Source: Polyangiales bacterium (GTDB lineage Bacteria > Myxococcota_A > Polyangia > Polyangiales > Ga0077539). From it: a stretch of DNA of 64,000 bases. Shown here piece after piece: positions 38,248 through 48,690 of this stretch. Under the pieces are notes generated by a model that saw only the letters and a program-made list of their open reading frames with translations, was not told where the DNA came from and made no database searches. The stretch spans positions 96,001-160,000 of the forward strand of contig JBGARZ010000004.1 of NCBI GenBank assembly GCA_044229975.1. The letters run 5' to 3'. A program made the translations under genes and the position numbers. Numbering within the stretch: position 1 is the stretch's first letter; each line of letters starts with the position of its first letter.

Positions 38248-40248
38248 ATGAGCGCCCCCCACGAGCCTGAGTCTTCGCCCGCCAACGCGTTTCCCATCGA
38301 CCTGTCACCGCTCTCCGACCCGGAGGCGATCGCCGCCCGCGACCGCGAGTGGCTGGAGAAGGTCTATGCGCGAGGGGTTCCGCAGCTCACCGTCCGCGCG
38401 GCCGTCACGGGCATGCTGCTCGGGAGCATCCTCGGCGCCTCCAACCTCTACATCGGCCTGAAAATCGGCTGGAACTTCGGCATGTCCATCACCGCGAGCG
38501 TGCTGGCGTTCGCGATCTTCTCGGCCGTCCGCAGGCTCATCCCGGGCCTGTCCGAGTTCACCATGCTGGAGAACAACACGTCGCAGACGGCCGCCTCGGC
38601 CGCCGCGTACATGTCCTCGGCGGGTCTCGTGAGCTCCATCCCCGCGCTGACGATGCTGCGCCGCGAGCACGTCATCAACGTCCCCGAGCTCACGCCGATG
38701 CAGCTCACCTTCTGGCTGCTGGCCGTCTCGGTGCTCGGCGTGGTCGTCGCCATCCCCCTCAAGCGCAACCTCATCAACGCCGAGCAGCTCCGCTTTCCGT
38801 CGGGCATCGTGTGCGCGGAGACCATCCGCACCATGCACGCCGCCGGGAAGGAGTCGCTCGCCAAGGCGCGCTCGCTCCTCGTCGCCGGGCTCTTCGCGGC
38901 GGTGATGAAGTTCATCTTCGACTGCAAGCTGTGGATCTTCCGGCGGTTGCCCGAGACCGTGGGGCTGCCGTTCATGGTGCGGGGGTATCCGGCGGAGTCG
39001 TGGTCGTTCGCGCTCAACACGTCGCTCCTGCTGTACGCCGCGGGCGCCATCGTCGGGCTCAAGGTCGCGCTCAGCCTCGCGGTGGGCAGCGCCATCAACT
39101 ACGGCTTCATCGGCCCGTGGCTGCTCGACCACGACGTGCTGCGCGTCGCAACCGCGGCTGACACCGCGACGCCCGCCGCGTGGCAGACGTTCGTCCACGC
39201 CGCCGAGCACGACCACGCCATCCCGGTGCGCTCGGCTGCGGCGCTGCATGCGCTGCTGCGGTCGAAGTGGAGCGTCTGGCCCGGAACCTCCCTCATGGTG
39301 AGCGCGAGCCTCGTGGCGTTTGCGTTCCGCTGGCGCACCATCGCGCGAGCGTTTTCTGGGCTCGGCGGGCTGTTCTCGTCGGGCCGGAAGGCGGTCGCGG
39401 AGGAGGACGCGCTGGCCGAGGTGGAGGTGCCGTCGACGTGGTTCGGGGTGGGGCTCGCGCTCTGCACCGTGGCCTCGGTGGTGATGCTGAAGGCGTGGTT
39501 TGGTGTTCCGGTGTTCGAGGGCGTGATGGCGGTGGCGCTGGCCTTCGTGCTGAGCGTCGTGGCGGCGCGCGCGACGGGCGAGACCGACGTGACGCCCATC
39601 GGCGCCATGGGCAAGATCGCGCAGCTGCTCTTCGGCGTGCTCGTTCCGGGCAACGCGGCGGCCAACCTGATGACGGCCACGGTGACCGCGGGCGCCGCGT
39701 CCCACTCGGCCGATCTGCTGACGGAAGTGAAGACCGGCTACCTGCTGGGCGGAGCGCCGCGGAAGCAGTTCTGGGCGCAGATCCTGGGCGTGATCGCGGG
39801 CGCGTTCGTGTGCGTGCCGGCGTACTTCCTCATCGCGAAGCCCGAGCGGCTGGGCAACGACCTCGCGGCGCCCGCGGCGGTGGCGTGGGCCTCGGTGGCG
39901 AAGCTGCTCAAGGACGGTCCGGGCAACCTGCCGCGGTACGCGATTCACGCCATCGTGGCGGGCGCGGCGCTGGGCGTGGTGCTCGCGGTGGCGGAGGAGT
40001 TCGCGCCGAAGAAGTGGAAAGCCTACCTGCCGAGCGCGACGGGCCTGGGCATCGCGATGGTCATCGACTTCAACGACAGCTTCGCGATGCTGGTGGGCGC
40101 GGTCATCGCGTGGGTGCTGCACCGTACGCACAAGGACTTCGCCGAGCGGTACATCGTGTCGGCGTCATCGGGCGTGGTCGCGGGCGAGGGGCTCATGGGC
40201 ATCGTGGTGATCGTGCTGCGCGACATCGCGCATGTGCTGCCGGGGTGA
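38248..40248 (+). CDS. OPT/YSL-family oligopeptide transporter
   Basis: QLTVRA, NLYIGLKIG, LENN, LRFPSG, TGETDVTP, KTGYLLG, SGVVAGEG; many TM segments. Confidence 0.93.
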   Translation: MSAPHEPESSPANAFPIDLSPLSDPEAIAARDREWLEKVYARGVPQLTVRAAVTGMLLGSILGASNLYIGLKIGWNFGMSITASVLAFAIFSAVRRLIPGLSEFTMLENNTSQTAASAAAYMSSAGLVSSIPALTMLRREHVINVPELTPMQLTFWLLAVSVLGVVVAIPLKRNLINAEQLRFPSGIVCAETIRTMHAAGKESLAKARSLLVAGLFAAVMKFIFDCKLWIFRRLPETVGLPFMVRGYPAESWSFALNTSLLLYAAGAIVGLKVALSLAVGSAINYGFIGPWLLDHDVLRVATAADTATPAAWQTFVHAAEHDHAIPVRSAAALHALLRSKWSVWPGTSLMVSASLVAFAFRWRTIARAFSGLGGLFSSGRKAVAEEDALAEVEVPSTWFGVGLALCTVASVVMLKAWFGVPVFEGVMAVALAFVLSVVAARATGETDVTPIGAMGKIAQLLFGVLVPGNAAANLMTATVTAGAASHSADLLTEVKTGYLLGGAPRKQFWAQILGVIAGAFVCVPAYFLIAKPERLGNDLAAPAAVAWASVAKLLKDGPGNLPRYAIHAIVAGAALGVVLAVAEEFAPKKWKAYLPSATGLGIAMVIDFNDSFAMLVGAVIAWVLHRTHKDFAERYIVSASSGVVAGEGLMGIVVIVLRDIAHVLPG

Positions 40249-40259
40249 GCTGAGCGGGC

Positions 40260-40442
40260 GGGTGGGGACGGTTTCAGCTTTTCAGTTTGTTGAGCGGCGG
40301 TGAGTGGGTGAGGACGGTTTCAGCTTTTCAACTTGTCACAATCGATCGGGTCCAGACATTCGTGACAAATTGAAAAGCTGAAACCGTCCCCACCCGCTCA
40401 CCGCCCGCTCAACAAATTGAAAAGTTGAAACCGTCCCCACTC
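40260..40442. repeat. Composite palindrome of four ~31-bp units (two direct, two inverted), family C
   Basis: GGGTGGGGACGGTTTCAGCTTTTCA..TTGT at 40260 and 40306; reverse complements at ~40365 and ~40412. Confidence 0.9.
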
Positions 40443-41873
40443 CACCACCTCCGCGCTCGCTCTCCCCGCCTGGCGCTTGTCGTCGACCACGCCGCGCTCA
40501 CCTTCGCCGACCTCGACGACCGCTCGGCCCGCGTCGCCACCGCCCTCGCCCGCCGCGGCGTCGCGCCCGGTGACCGCGTGGCCGTCGCGGTGCGCTCCTC
40601 CCTCGACGGCGTCGTGTGCCTGCTCGGTTGCCTGCGCCGCGGCGCCGTCGTCGTCCCGGTCAACCCCGGTTATCACGAGGCCGAGCTCTCCCACCTCCTC
40701 GCCGACAGCGGTGCTGCCCTCGTCATCGAAGACGAACCCTCCGCTCCTCTCCGCGCCGTCATCGCGACCACTCCCCTCGTCACCTCCGCCGCGCTCGTCG
40801 CCGAGTCCCCCTCGACCGACCCCGCAGCCGATGCCCTCTCGCGCGACGACGAACTCGCGATGCTCATCTACACCTCCGGAACCACCGGGCGCTCCAAGGG
40901 ATGCGCCCACACCCATCGCGGACTCGCCGTCGGCATCGACGCCCTCATGTCCCTCTGGGGCATCGGCCCCGATGACGTGGTGCTCAACGCGCTGCCGCTC
41001 TTTCATGTCCACGGCCTCTGCGTGTGCCTCCTCGGTGCGCTCTCCCGCGGCGCCTGCACCCGCCTGCTTCCGCGCTTCTCCCCCGAGGCCGTCGTCGATG
41101 GTGCTCGCCACGGCGCCACCGTCTTCATGAGCGTCCCCACCATGGTGCACCGCCTGCTTGCCGCCCTCGACGACGACGGCGCGCGCACCCTCTCGTCGCT
41201 CCGCCTCGTCACCTGCGGATCAGCTGCGCTCTCCGCCGACAACCTCCGCGCCTTCGAGGCGCGCACCGGCCTCACCATCCTCGAACGCTACGGCATGAGC
41301 GAGACCCTCATCACGCTCTCCAATCCCCTCGTCGGCGAGCGCCGCCCCGGCGCCGTCGGGTGGCCCGTCCCCGGCACCCTCATCCGCGTCGTCGACGACG
41401 AGCTCCAGGTGTCCTCCCCCGGCACCATGCGCTCCTACTGGAACCGCCCCGACGCCGACGCCGAGGTCTTCGTCACCGACGCCGAAGGCATTCGCTGGTT
41501 TCGCACCGGCGACGTCGTCGCCCTCGACCCTGACGGGTGCGTTCGCATCGTCGGCCGCGCCAGCCAGGACATCATGAAGGTCGGCGGCTACAAGCTCTCC
41601 ACGCGCGAGATCGAAGAGCAGATCGAGACCCACCCGGCCGTGCGCGAGGTCGCCGTCGTGGGCCTGCCCGACGCCGAGTGGGGCGAGCGTGTCTGCGCCG
41701 TCGTGGTGCTGCATCCCGGCGCGTCGCTCACCCTCGACGCGCTGCGCGCCCACGTGAAGCTCGCCGAGTCCAAGCGCCCCCGCGCGCTGGTTTTCAGAGA
41801 AGAACTGCCCCGCAACGCGCTCGGCAAGGTGATGAAGTCGGCGCTGAAATCGGGACTCTCGGAAGGGCGCTGA
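40425..41873 (+). CDS. Acyl-CoA synthetase (MatB/malonyl-CoA synthetase-like)
   Basis: YTSGTTGRSKG, LPLFHVHGL, ERYGMSE, WFRTGD, PRNALGKV. Confidence 0.92.
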   Translation: MKPSPLHHLRARSPRLALVVDHAALTFADLDDRSARVATALARRGVAPGDRVAVAVRSSLDGVVCLLGCLRRGAVVVPVNPGYHEAELSHLLADSGAALVIEDEPSAPLRAVIATTPLVTSAALVAESPSTDPAADALSRDDELAMLIYTSGTTGRSKGCAHTHRGLAVGIDALMSLWGIGPDDVVLNALPLFHVHGLCVCLLGALSRGACTRLLPRFSPEAVVDGARHGATVFMSVPTMVHRLLAALDDDGARTLSSLRLVTCGSAALSADNLRAFEARTGLTILERYGMSETLITLSNPLVGERRPGAVGWPVPGTLIRVVDDELQVSSPGTMRSYWNRPDADAEVFVTDAEGIRWFRTGDVVALDPDGCVRIVGRASQDIMKVGGYKLSTREIEEQIETHPAVREVAVVGLPDAEWGERVCAVVVLHPGASLTLDALRAHVKLAESKRPRALVFREELPRNALGKVMKSALKSGLSEGR

Positions 41874-41930
41874 GACACCCTCCTGGGGGCCTCGCGCGAA
41901 GCACGGGTGACGGTGCTAGTGTCGCCAGCG

Positions 41931-42374
41931 ATGTACAAGAACGACAAACCCACGCGCGAGACCGAAGCTCCGCTGCGGTCGGCCATCGCGGAGAAGCATG
42001 GCATCGAGGCGTTCACGCTCTTCTGCGCGTACCACCTCGGGGTGACGGCGAGCGACGGGTACGAGTTTCAGAACGTGCACCAGGTGGCCAAGCGGTTTGG
42101 GGTTCCGAGCGGGGTCATCAAGCAGGCGTTGCAGGACTTCGGCATGGACTCCGACCGGCTCATCCAGAGCGACTTCGACCTCTCGGGCGCCCAGGTCGAC
42201 GTCATGAACGTCCCCGAAGGCGTCTCCCGCACCGAAGTCGCGCGCACGCATTGGGAGGCGTTTCGCAATGCACGGACGAAGCCCCGCGACTGGCAGCGCG
42301 AGCTCGCCACCGACGCGCGCGAAAACGAGAGGATCTTCGGCCCACCCCCCGCCCGCCGCTCGACGCGGAAGTAG
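41931..42374 (+). CDS. Hypothetical protein
   Basis: Coding-like codon bias; extended -10 TGcTAGTGT 8 nt before the ATG. Confidence 0.75.
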   Translation: MYKNDKPTRETEAPLRSAIAEKHGIEAFTLFCAYHLGVTASDGYEFQNVHQVAKRFGVPSGVIKQALQDFGMDSDRLIQSDFDLSGAQVDVMNVPEGVSRTEVARTHWEAFRNARTKPRDWQRELATDARENERIFGPPPARRSTRK

Positions 42375-42392
42375 AGAGAGCCCCACCAGACC

Positions 42393-43253
42393 ATGGACCC
42401 GACCGCTACCGTCCGCGTTCCTGTGTGCAGCGACCCGAAGTGGCTGCGCTCCGCCGTGCTCGGGCTCACCGCCGGCGCCTCTGGGCTCTTCGTCGCCCTC
42501 TTCTCGCAGACCCCCGTCGGCGCCGCGCTCGGCGTGCTCCCCGGCATGACCATCGGCGTCTTCGGCGGCAGCGCCCTCGCTGCCTGGGCCCGCCGCCGCG
42601 GCGGAACCATCTCCCTCCTCGCCACCCCCGGCCGCCTCGACGTCAGCGACGCCGACCGCCGCGTCGAGCTCGTCGACCTCACCGCCCCCTACGGCGCCCT
42701 GCTCCTCGCCGACGCCACCCGCCGCGTGCTCATCCTCTCGCAGCGCAACGACCCCGTCGTGCTCATCGAGTCCCTCGTCACCACCGCGGCCACCACCTCC
42801 GACGCGTGGCGCGCCCGCACGGCCCCCGTCGACCTCGACGCCGTCGCCCTCTCCGCCGCCACCTCCCACGCCTTCGCGCTGCTGCCCGGTGAGTCGCTCG
42901 ACCCGCTGCTCGCGCACCTCGAAGCCACCCTCGACGCCGACGCGCCGTGGATGCTCCAGCCCACCAGCTCGGGGCCGCTCACCCTCACCCGCGACGCCCT
43001 CAGCTTCGCCGACCGCGCCCCGCTGCGCGCGCCCATCCACCCGCTCGACTACGGCGTGAAGGTGCAGGGGGCTCAGGTCGCCGGCCTCGGCCTCGCCTCC
43101 ACCGCCGAGGAGGGCGCGCTGCTGCTGCTCGCGTGCGACGAGGCCACCGTCGAGAAGCGCGCCGTGACCACCGACAACCCGGTCGACGCCTTCGTCCCGA
43201 TGTCCACCTACGAGGTGCTGCGGGCGATGTACCGGGCTCCGGCGAAGGGGTGA
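42393..43253 (+). CDS. Hypothetical membrane protein (two N-terminal TMs)
   Basis: Two hydrophobic helices then a soluble domain; co-directional with the upstream gene. Confidence 0.7.
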   Translation: MDPTATVRVPVCSDPKWLRSAVLGLTAGASGLFVALFSQTPVGAALGVLPGMTIGVFGGSALAAWARRRGGTISLLATPGRLDVSDADRRVELVDLTAPYGALLLADATRRVLILSQRNDPVVLIESLVTTAATTSDAWRARTAPVDLDAVALSAATSHAFALLPGESLDPLLAHLEATLDADAPWMLQPTSSGPLTLTRDALSFADRAPLRAPIHPLDYGVKVQGAQVAGLGLASTAEEGALLLLACDEATVEKRAVTTDNPVDAFVPMSTYEVLRAMYRAPAKG

Positions 43254-43529
43254 GGGCGCTGTGCGCCGGAGTCCGCGGGACCCCGTTGCAAGTGTGTGCA
43301 GTCGCTCACTCCGGGCTATTTCAGGTGGTCACCTCGCTGCGCGAGGTTGCAGGGACTCACCACCGACAATGGATGGTCGATGGGTTGTTCGTTGCAACCA
43401 GTGTTGCAACCTCGCGCAGTGAGGTGACCACCTGAAATAGCCCGGAGTGAGCGACTGCACGCGCTTGCAACTGGGTCCCGCGAACTCCGGCACGCACTTG
43501 CAACGGGGTCCCGCGGACCCCAGCGCCCC
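43254..43529. repeat. Long palindromic REPIN/MITE-like element, family A copy 2
   Basis: Same arms (CAGTCGCTCACTCCGGGCTATTTCAGGTGGTCACCTC) and similar loop as 6355-6585; partial duplication of the right arm. Confidence 0.9.
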
Positions 43530-45479
43530 TCACCGCCAGCGGAAGTACGCCGCCCGCACGGCCTGTCCCCGCCGCGGCCGGTAGGTGTTCCCGCGGAACA
43601 AGATCGTCCTCGCCGCGTCGTCGTAGTCGAAGCCGTCGAAGCGCGAGCGCGGCGCCAGCGTGCCGTCCACCCGCACCCGCAGCGACGCCGAGATGGGCGG
43701 CAGCGTCACCTCGAACTCGCTCGCCGCACCGGCCACCGCGTCGACGATGCGCGAGAGCGCCGCGGCCACCTCCGCGTCGGTCGCGCTGCTGATCGGGATG
43801 TACGCCCCGCCGTTGCCGGTCACCACGCACGGGACGAAGTTGTCCGTCGACGGGCACGCCGAGCGCGAGAACAGGTTGGCCATCCCGAAGGTCTGCCAGC
43901 CGTTGGTGCCGAACCACCGCGTCACCGCGCGCACCCGGTCTTCGCGCAGCGCGCCCCAGCGCACCCGGTCGTTGGCGAAGTACCGCACGTCGTCGTTGGT
44001 CCCCGCCTCGTCCGTCACGAAGAACGCCACCCGCTGCGCCCCCGCCCGAAACCGCCGGCTGTCATCGGGGTCGCGGGTTCGGGCGTCCATCGCCTGCGCC
44101 GTCACCACCGCCGCCGACACCGGCTCCTCCTCGCCACCCTCCAAGGGATACGGCTGGCGAAGGTCTTCCGCGGCGTTGCCGAAGCGCTGGTAGGTCACCT
44201 GCCACGCGAGCTGGCGCGCGCCGTCAGGGTCGCTCCCGCTGATCCACGCGAAGCCGGGGTTGTCGAGGTCGGGGCCCCGCGCCGCGCTCCCCGCCTGCAC
44301 CACGCCGACGCGCAGGTCGATGCCCGCGGCGTTCATCTCGCGGAAGAACCTCGCGGCCACGTTGCCCAGTCGCTCCTGGTCGTCCTCCATCGAGCGCGAC
44401 GTGTCCACCAGCCAGAGGAAGTCCGCGCTCACCGTGCGCGTCGCCACGATGCGCTGGCAGAGCGTGTCCAGCACGGCCCGCGAGCCGCCGAGCCCGGTCG
44501 CGTTGGTGAGGTCCTGCAAGCGGATCGCGGTCGTCGCGCGTGGGTCGTCGAAGCGCGCCTCCGGGGCCGCCGCCACCATGATCACCGCGCGCCCGATCTC
44601 CGGTCGCAGCACCGTGGTCACCTCCAGCGTGAAGCTCCGCGCGCCCGAAAACCCCGGCCGTGATCCACCCGGGTTGAGCATCGCCACGTCGCGCGACACC
44701 CGATCGCGCACCACCGCTGCGGACGTCTCCAGCGAGCCCAGCCGAAACGAGCTCCGTCGCGACGCCCAGCCCTCGTCGGTGCGCCCCTCGCGGCCCACCA
44801 GCACCGGCGTCGCCCCCACGCTCGCGGCGATGCGCCCCTCCCACATGCCCGCCGCCTCGGCCAGCATGCGCGACTCCGGGACCTCCATCACCAGCGCCGC
44901 CACGTCGTCGCCGGGAGCGTCCGTCGCCAGCACCCGCACAGCGCGCGTGGTGTCTTCGGCGATGCGCGGCGTCGACCACGCGGGATCGAGCGCGAGCTGC
45001 GCATCCGAGCGGGCGAGCGCCACCACCGTGGGCTCTTCGAGCGCATCACCGGGACACAACGGATCGAGCGGGTCGGCCTGCACGGTCACCGGGCACTGCA
45101 ACGCCTCGCCGCTCCGCAGACGATACGGGGTGGTGACCAGCAGGTCGTAGTTGCCCTGGATGTCGGGCGTGAGCGAAGCGCGCTCGTCGCCCGTGGAGAT
45201 GACCGTCGCGACCGATCGACGGGGCGCCTGGCGCAGCGACCACGCGTAGCCCGTGGTGCGCGGTGTCACCTCGTCGACCACGAGGCGCAGGGCGGCTTCG
45301 GTCCCGACGCGAGCGCGCACCCGCAGCGCGCGGCAGCGGGGTTCGGGCGGGAGCGGCGCGTCGATGGAGGCGTCCATCGCGGGCGGCGGCGGATCGTCGA
45401 TGAGGCCCGTGCGCGCCCCGCACGCCGAGGTCAGCAGGGCTGCCAGTGCCATCCATCGATCCGCGCGCGGTCCGCTCAT
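43530..45479 (-). CDS. Lipoprotein with VWA domain (CglB/CglD-like)
   Basis: Lipobox TSAC; MIDAS DFLWLVDTSRSM; VTDE. Confidence 0.75.
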   Translation of the reverse strand: MSGPRADRWMALAALLTSACGARTGLIDDPPPPAMDASIDAPLPPEPRCRALRVRARVGTEAALRLVVDEVTPRTTGYAWSLRQAPRRSVATVISTGDERASLTPDIQGNYDLLVTTPYRLRSGEALQCPVTVQADPLDPLCPGDALEEPTVVALARSDAQLALDPAWSTPRIAEDTTRAVRVLATDAPGDDVAALVMEVPESRMLAEAAGMWEGRIAASVGATPVLVGREGRTDEGWASRRSSFRLGSLETSAAVVRDRVSRDVAMLNPGGSRPGFSGARSFTLEVTTVLRPEIGRAVIMVAAAPEARFDDPRATTAIRLQDLTNATGLGGSRAVLDTLCQRIVATRTVSADFLWLVDTSRSMEDDQERLGNVAARFFREMNAAGIDLRVGVVQAGSAARGPDLDNPGFAWISGSDPDGARQLAWQVTYQRFGNAAEDLRQPYPLEGGEEEPVSAAVVTAQAMDARTRDPDDSRRFRAGAQRVAFFVTDEAGTNDDVRYFANDRVRWGALREDRVRAVTRWFGTNGWQTFGMANLFSRSACPSTDNFVPCVVTGNGGAYIPISSATDAEVAAALSRIVDAVAGAASEFEVTLPPISASLRVRVDGTLAPRSRFDGFDYDDAARTILFRGNTYRPRRGQAVRAAYFRWR

Positions 45480-45516
45480 GGGGTGTAGCCCTACTACCGC
45501 AGCACCGCGGGGGCCG

Positions 45517-46314
45517 TCATCTCTCGGCGCGACGGACCGCAGTCAGCGCCGCGACCAGCTCGTCGTGCACCGGACCGTTGCTCGCCACCAGCCACCCGTC
45601 GCGGAAGTCGAGCGCACCACCCGCGAGGTCGGTGACGCGGCCGCCCGCTTCGGTGACCAGCAGCGCGCCCGCTGCGAGGTCCCACGGCTTCAAGAAGCGC
45701 TCCCAGTAGCCGTCGAAGGTTCCGTCGGCGGTGAGGCACAGGTCGAGCGACGCGGCGCCGCAACGACGAACGCCCCGCGACCGTTGCGTGAGCGCCGCGA
45801 ACTCGGCGAAGTTGTTCAATGGGTTGGTGCGGTTGTCGTAGGGGAAGCCGGTCGCGAGCAGCGCGCGGTCGAGGACGGCGGTCTTGCTGACGTGACAGGG
45901 CAGACCGTTGCGCCGCGTGCCGTGGCCGAGAACAGCGGACCACTCCAGCCCGAGGGCGGGCGCGACCACCGCGGCGGCGAGCAACGTGGGGCCCACCGCG
46001 AGCCCGAGCGACACCGCGAAGAACGGCAGTCCATGGATGAAGTTGGTGGTGCCGTCGAGGGGGTCGGCCCAGATCGCAGGGCCGTCGGGGATGGTTCCGT
46101 CGGCGCTCTCCTCGGCGACGAGGGTGACGCCCGGGAAGGCACTACGGAGGGCGGTGCGGAGGGTGTCTTCGCTCGCGCGGTCCCAGCGGGTGACGAGGTC
46201 GATGGGGCCCTTGTGCTCGACCTCGACGGGCGCGCGGAAGCCCTCCATCAACACGGCAGCGGAGGCGCGGGCCACGGTGAGCAGCGAGAGCGCGTCGTCG
46301 GGGGTGACGTTCAT
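45517..46314 (-). CDS. suhB: Inositol monophosphatase family protein
   Basis: DLVT..D, EE, DPLDGTTNF, TGFPY, RRCGAASLD, KPWDLAAG. Confidence 0.9.
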   Translation of the reverse strand: MNVTPDDALSLLTVARASAAVLMEGFRAPVEVEHKGPIDLVTRWDRASEDTLRTALRSAFPGVTLVAEESADGTIPDGPAIWADPLDGTTNFIHGLPFFAVSLGLAVGPTLLAAAVVAPALGLEWSAVLGHGTRRNGLPCHVSKTAVLDRALLATGFPYDNRTNPLNNFAEFAALTQRSRGVRRCGAASLDLCLTADGTFDGYWERFLKPWDLAAGALLVTEAGGRVTDLAGGALDFRDGWLVASNGPVHDELVAALTAVRRAER

Positions 46315-46388
46315 GATGGGCGCGGCTCTATCACACGCCGCCGCGTGGCAGCGCACCCGGCTGGCAGCTAGCATCGCTCCCCTCACCG

Positions 46389-48170
46389 ATGCCCCGAACG
46401 AACTCCCACCCCACGCTGCTGGCCCTCGCGGCGATCGGGGTGTTCGTGTACGGCGTCGAGCACTGGCGCCGCCGCGCGTCGGCCCGCGTCGGTCGCAGCG
46501 AGCGCGAGCGCTTCGCCGCCCTGAGCCTCTGCCTCGTGGGCCCCGAAGGCGCGCACCGCGTCGATCACGTCGACGAGACCCGCCGCCGCCTCCGCCGCCT
46601 CGCCATGGAGACCTCCCTCGACCCGGCGCCCACCTGGATCGACGCGTGTATCCCATTGGCCCGCGCGCTCACCGTGGAAGGCGCCGCCGTCGACGTCACG
46701 GGCCGCCCCGGCGCCGTCGGGACGCAGGTCGCTCGCCGCGCGCGTGAACTCACCCGGGCGATGTCGCGCGTGGGCCTCGTGTGGCAGGTGCGGGCGGGCG
46801 ATCTGGAGGCCGACCTCGACATCGTGGCCGACCTGCTGTCGCGCACCTCGGCGGAGATCGACCTCGCGACGGGCGGGGCGCAGGTGTTCGCGTCGAAGGG
46901 CGTTCGCGCGCCGAGGGTGGGGCCGCTGCCGACGCCGCTGACGGTGGACGTTCCGGGGCTGTACCCGTTGCCGCTCGGTGGTCCGCGAGAGTTTCTCGTG
47001 GGGACGCCGGCGCCGGCGCTGTCGGCGGTGTCGCTGCGGGCGGGCGCGGCCACGGTGACGGTGCGGGCCAACGACGAGACAAGGGCGTGGTCGCTCGGCC
47101 CGTCGGCCGTCGTGCGGGTGCTGCCGGAAGACGGACGCGCGGATGGGTTGTCGCCGGTGCGCCTCGATGGGGTGGAGGCTGCGCTCGGGGTGGCGCGCAT
47201 CGCGGCTCCTCCCGCGGGGGTCGATGCGACGGGCATCCGGTTGGATGGCGTGGTGCGCGACGGGGTGTTCTGGCTGGGCGAGGCGGTGCGGGGGCAGGGG
47301 CCGGTGCTGGCGAGGCTGCCGGTGCAGGGGCGCGAGGCGGCGACGGCGGTGCGGCTCACGATGGCGCCGATCGACCCGGCCGGGAGCGCGGTGGACGAGC
47401 ACATCGCGGTGGGCGAGGGGACCGCGGCGGTGTTTGCAGCGTACACGGCGCCCGCGGAGGATGGGGTCGCGGTGCGCGTGGTGCGCGCGGCGGACGGTGC
47501 GCGGGCGGCCGTGGTGGCGGTGGCGGTTCCAGAGGGGTGGCGGGGGTACGAGCGGCGGCCCGAGGTGGCGATGTGCCGCGCGGGCGCGACGCTGTGGCTG
47601 GCGGTGACGGCGCACGACCGGTGGCGCGTGGCGACGGTAGATGGTCGGGCGGTGCGTGAGGTGTGGAGCGAGCGGCCGGAGAGCGGTCGGCGCTTCGACG
47701 ACGCGGCGGTGCTGCGCTGCGAGGCGGGCGGGGTGCTGTTGCAGGGGCGCGAGCGACCCCGGTCGAGCCCGGTGGTGTGGTGCGGCGCGGACGGGTGCAC
47801 GGCGGTGGGCGCGCCCGCGGCGCAGCAGCCGATGGACCTGCCGGCGTACACGACGCCGACGCCGCGCGGCGGACAGCGGGCGCACGCCGAGTGGCCGCTG
47901 CGGTTTGCCCGCACGGGTCGCGGGACGCTGGTGGCCGCGCGGGCGTGCGGCACCGTGGTGGGCGTGCGGCGACGGGCGACGAGCGACGCGCGGTGGAGCG
48001 ACGAGGCGGTCGTGCTGGACGCAGCGATGGCGCAGCACGGGGCGGCGGTGCTGGGCGTCGAGGTGTACGGCGAGGGGCAGCGGGTGCTGCTGGCGGTGAC
48101 GACCGCGACGGGGCTGCACCTGCTGGAGTCGCGCGACGACGGTCGGAGCTGGCGCGCGCCGACGGAGTGA
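46389..48170 (+). CDS. Hypothetical membrane-anchored protein
   Basis: N-terminal TM; beta-rich body; SRDDGRSW Asp-box-like motif. Confidence 0.6.
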   Translation: MPRTNSHPTLLALAAIGVFVYGVEHWRRRASARVGRSERERFAALSLCLVGPEGAHRVDHVDETRRRLRRLAMETSLDPAPTWIDACIPLARALTVEGAAVDVTGRPGAVGTQVARRARELTRAMSRVGLVWQVRAGDLEADLDIVADLLSRTSAEIDLATGGAQVFASKGVRAPRVGPLPTPLTVDVPGLYPLPLGGPREFLVGTPAPALSAVSLRAGAATVTVRANDETRAWSLGPSAVVRVLPEDGRADGLSPVRLDGVEAALGVARIAAPPAGVDATGIRLDGVVRDGVFWLGEAVRGQGPVLARLPVQGREAATAVRLTMAPIDPAGSAVDEHIAVGEGTAAVFAAYTAPAEDGVAVRVVRAADGARAAVVAVAVPEGWRGYERRPEVAMCRAGATLWLAVTAHDRWRVATVDGRAVREVWSERPESGRRFDDAAVLRCEAGGVLLQGRERPRSSPVVWCGADGCTAVGAPAAQQPMDLPAYTTPTPRGGQRAHAEWPLRFARTGRGTLVAARACGTVVGVRRRATSDARWSDEAVVLDAAMAQHGAAVLGVEVYGEGQRVLLAVTTATGLHLLESRDDGRSWRAPTE

Positions 48171-48234
48171 GCGGGCGCGATCGCGGTGACTCCTACCGCC
48201 CCGTCCGCTCGCGTCTCGTGACTCCTACCACCGC

Positions 48235-48690
48235 TCAGCCCGCGGTGGGGCGCCCGGCGTAGCGGCTCTGCGCGAGGGCGTACGCCTCGGCGAGCAAGGG
48301 CTTCACGGTCTCGAAGGTGGTCTCGCTCGGGTTGAGCACGCAGACCCAGCCCAGGTACGCGTAGACGGGGTGCGGCAGGAGCTGATCGAGCACCGCGAAG
48401 TCGTGCGTCGTCTCGATGAGTCCGTCGTCGCCGGGCCGCGGCGGCAGCGGCCCGAACAAGCGTTGATACGTGGCCTCGGTCACGCCGACGTTGAGCCGAT
48501 AGACCGACGGTCGATCGAGCGCGGAGACGTCGTCGTTGGGGTCGTCCTTCGACTTGAGCGTGGCGAAGTAGACGCTCGCGGCAGGGACGCCGTCGGGGTT
48601 GTACGCGAAGGACGTCGCGCCCTCCGTGGCGTTGACCTGGAGGCCCGTGAAGTTCGCGGCGAGGTGCTGCCTGATCGCGGCCTCATCCAT
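48235..48690 (-). CDS. DUF6194-like protein
   Basis: FATL..KD..D..S.LDR..VYRLNVG, LPHPVYA..GWVCVLNPS. Confidence 0.75.
   Translation of the reverse strand: MDEAAIRQHLAANFTGLQVNATEGATSFAYNPDGVPAASVYFATLKSKDDPNDDVSALDRPSVYRLNVGVTEATYQRLFGPLPPRPGDDGLIETTHDFAVLDQLLPHPVYAYLGWVCVLNPSETTFETVKPLLAEAYALAQSRYAGRPTAG

Noticed and set aside
40260..40442. Possible mini CRISPR array
   Set aside because: Only two direct units with a ~15-nt spacer, followed by inverted copies; no cas genes in the window
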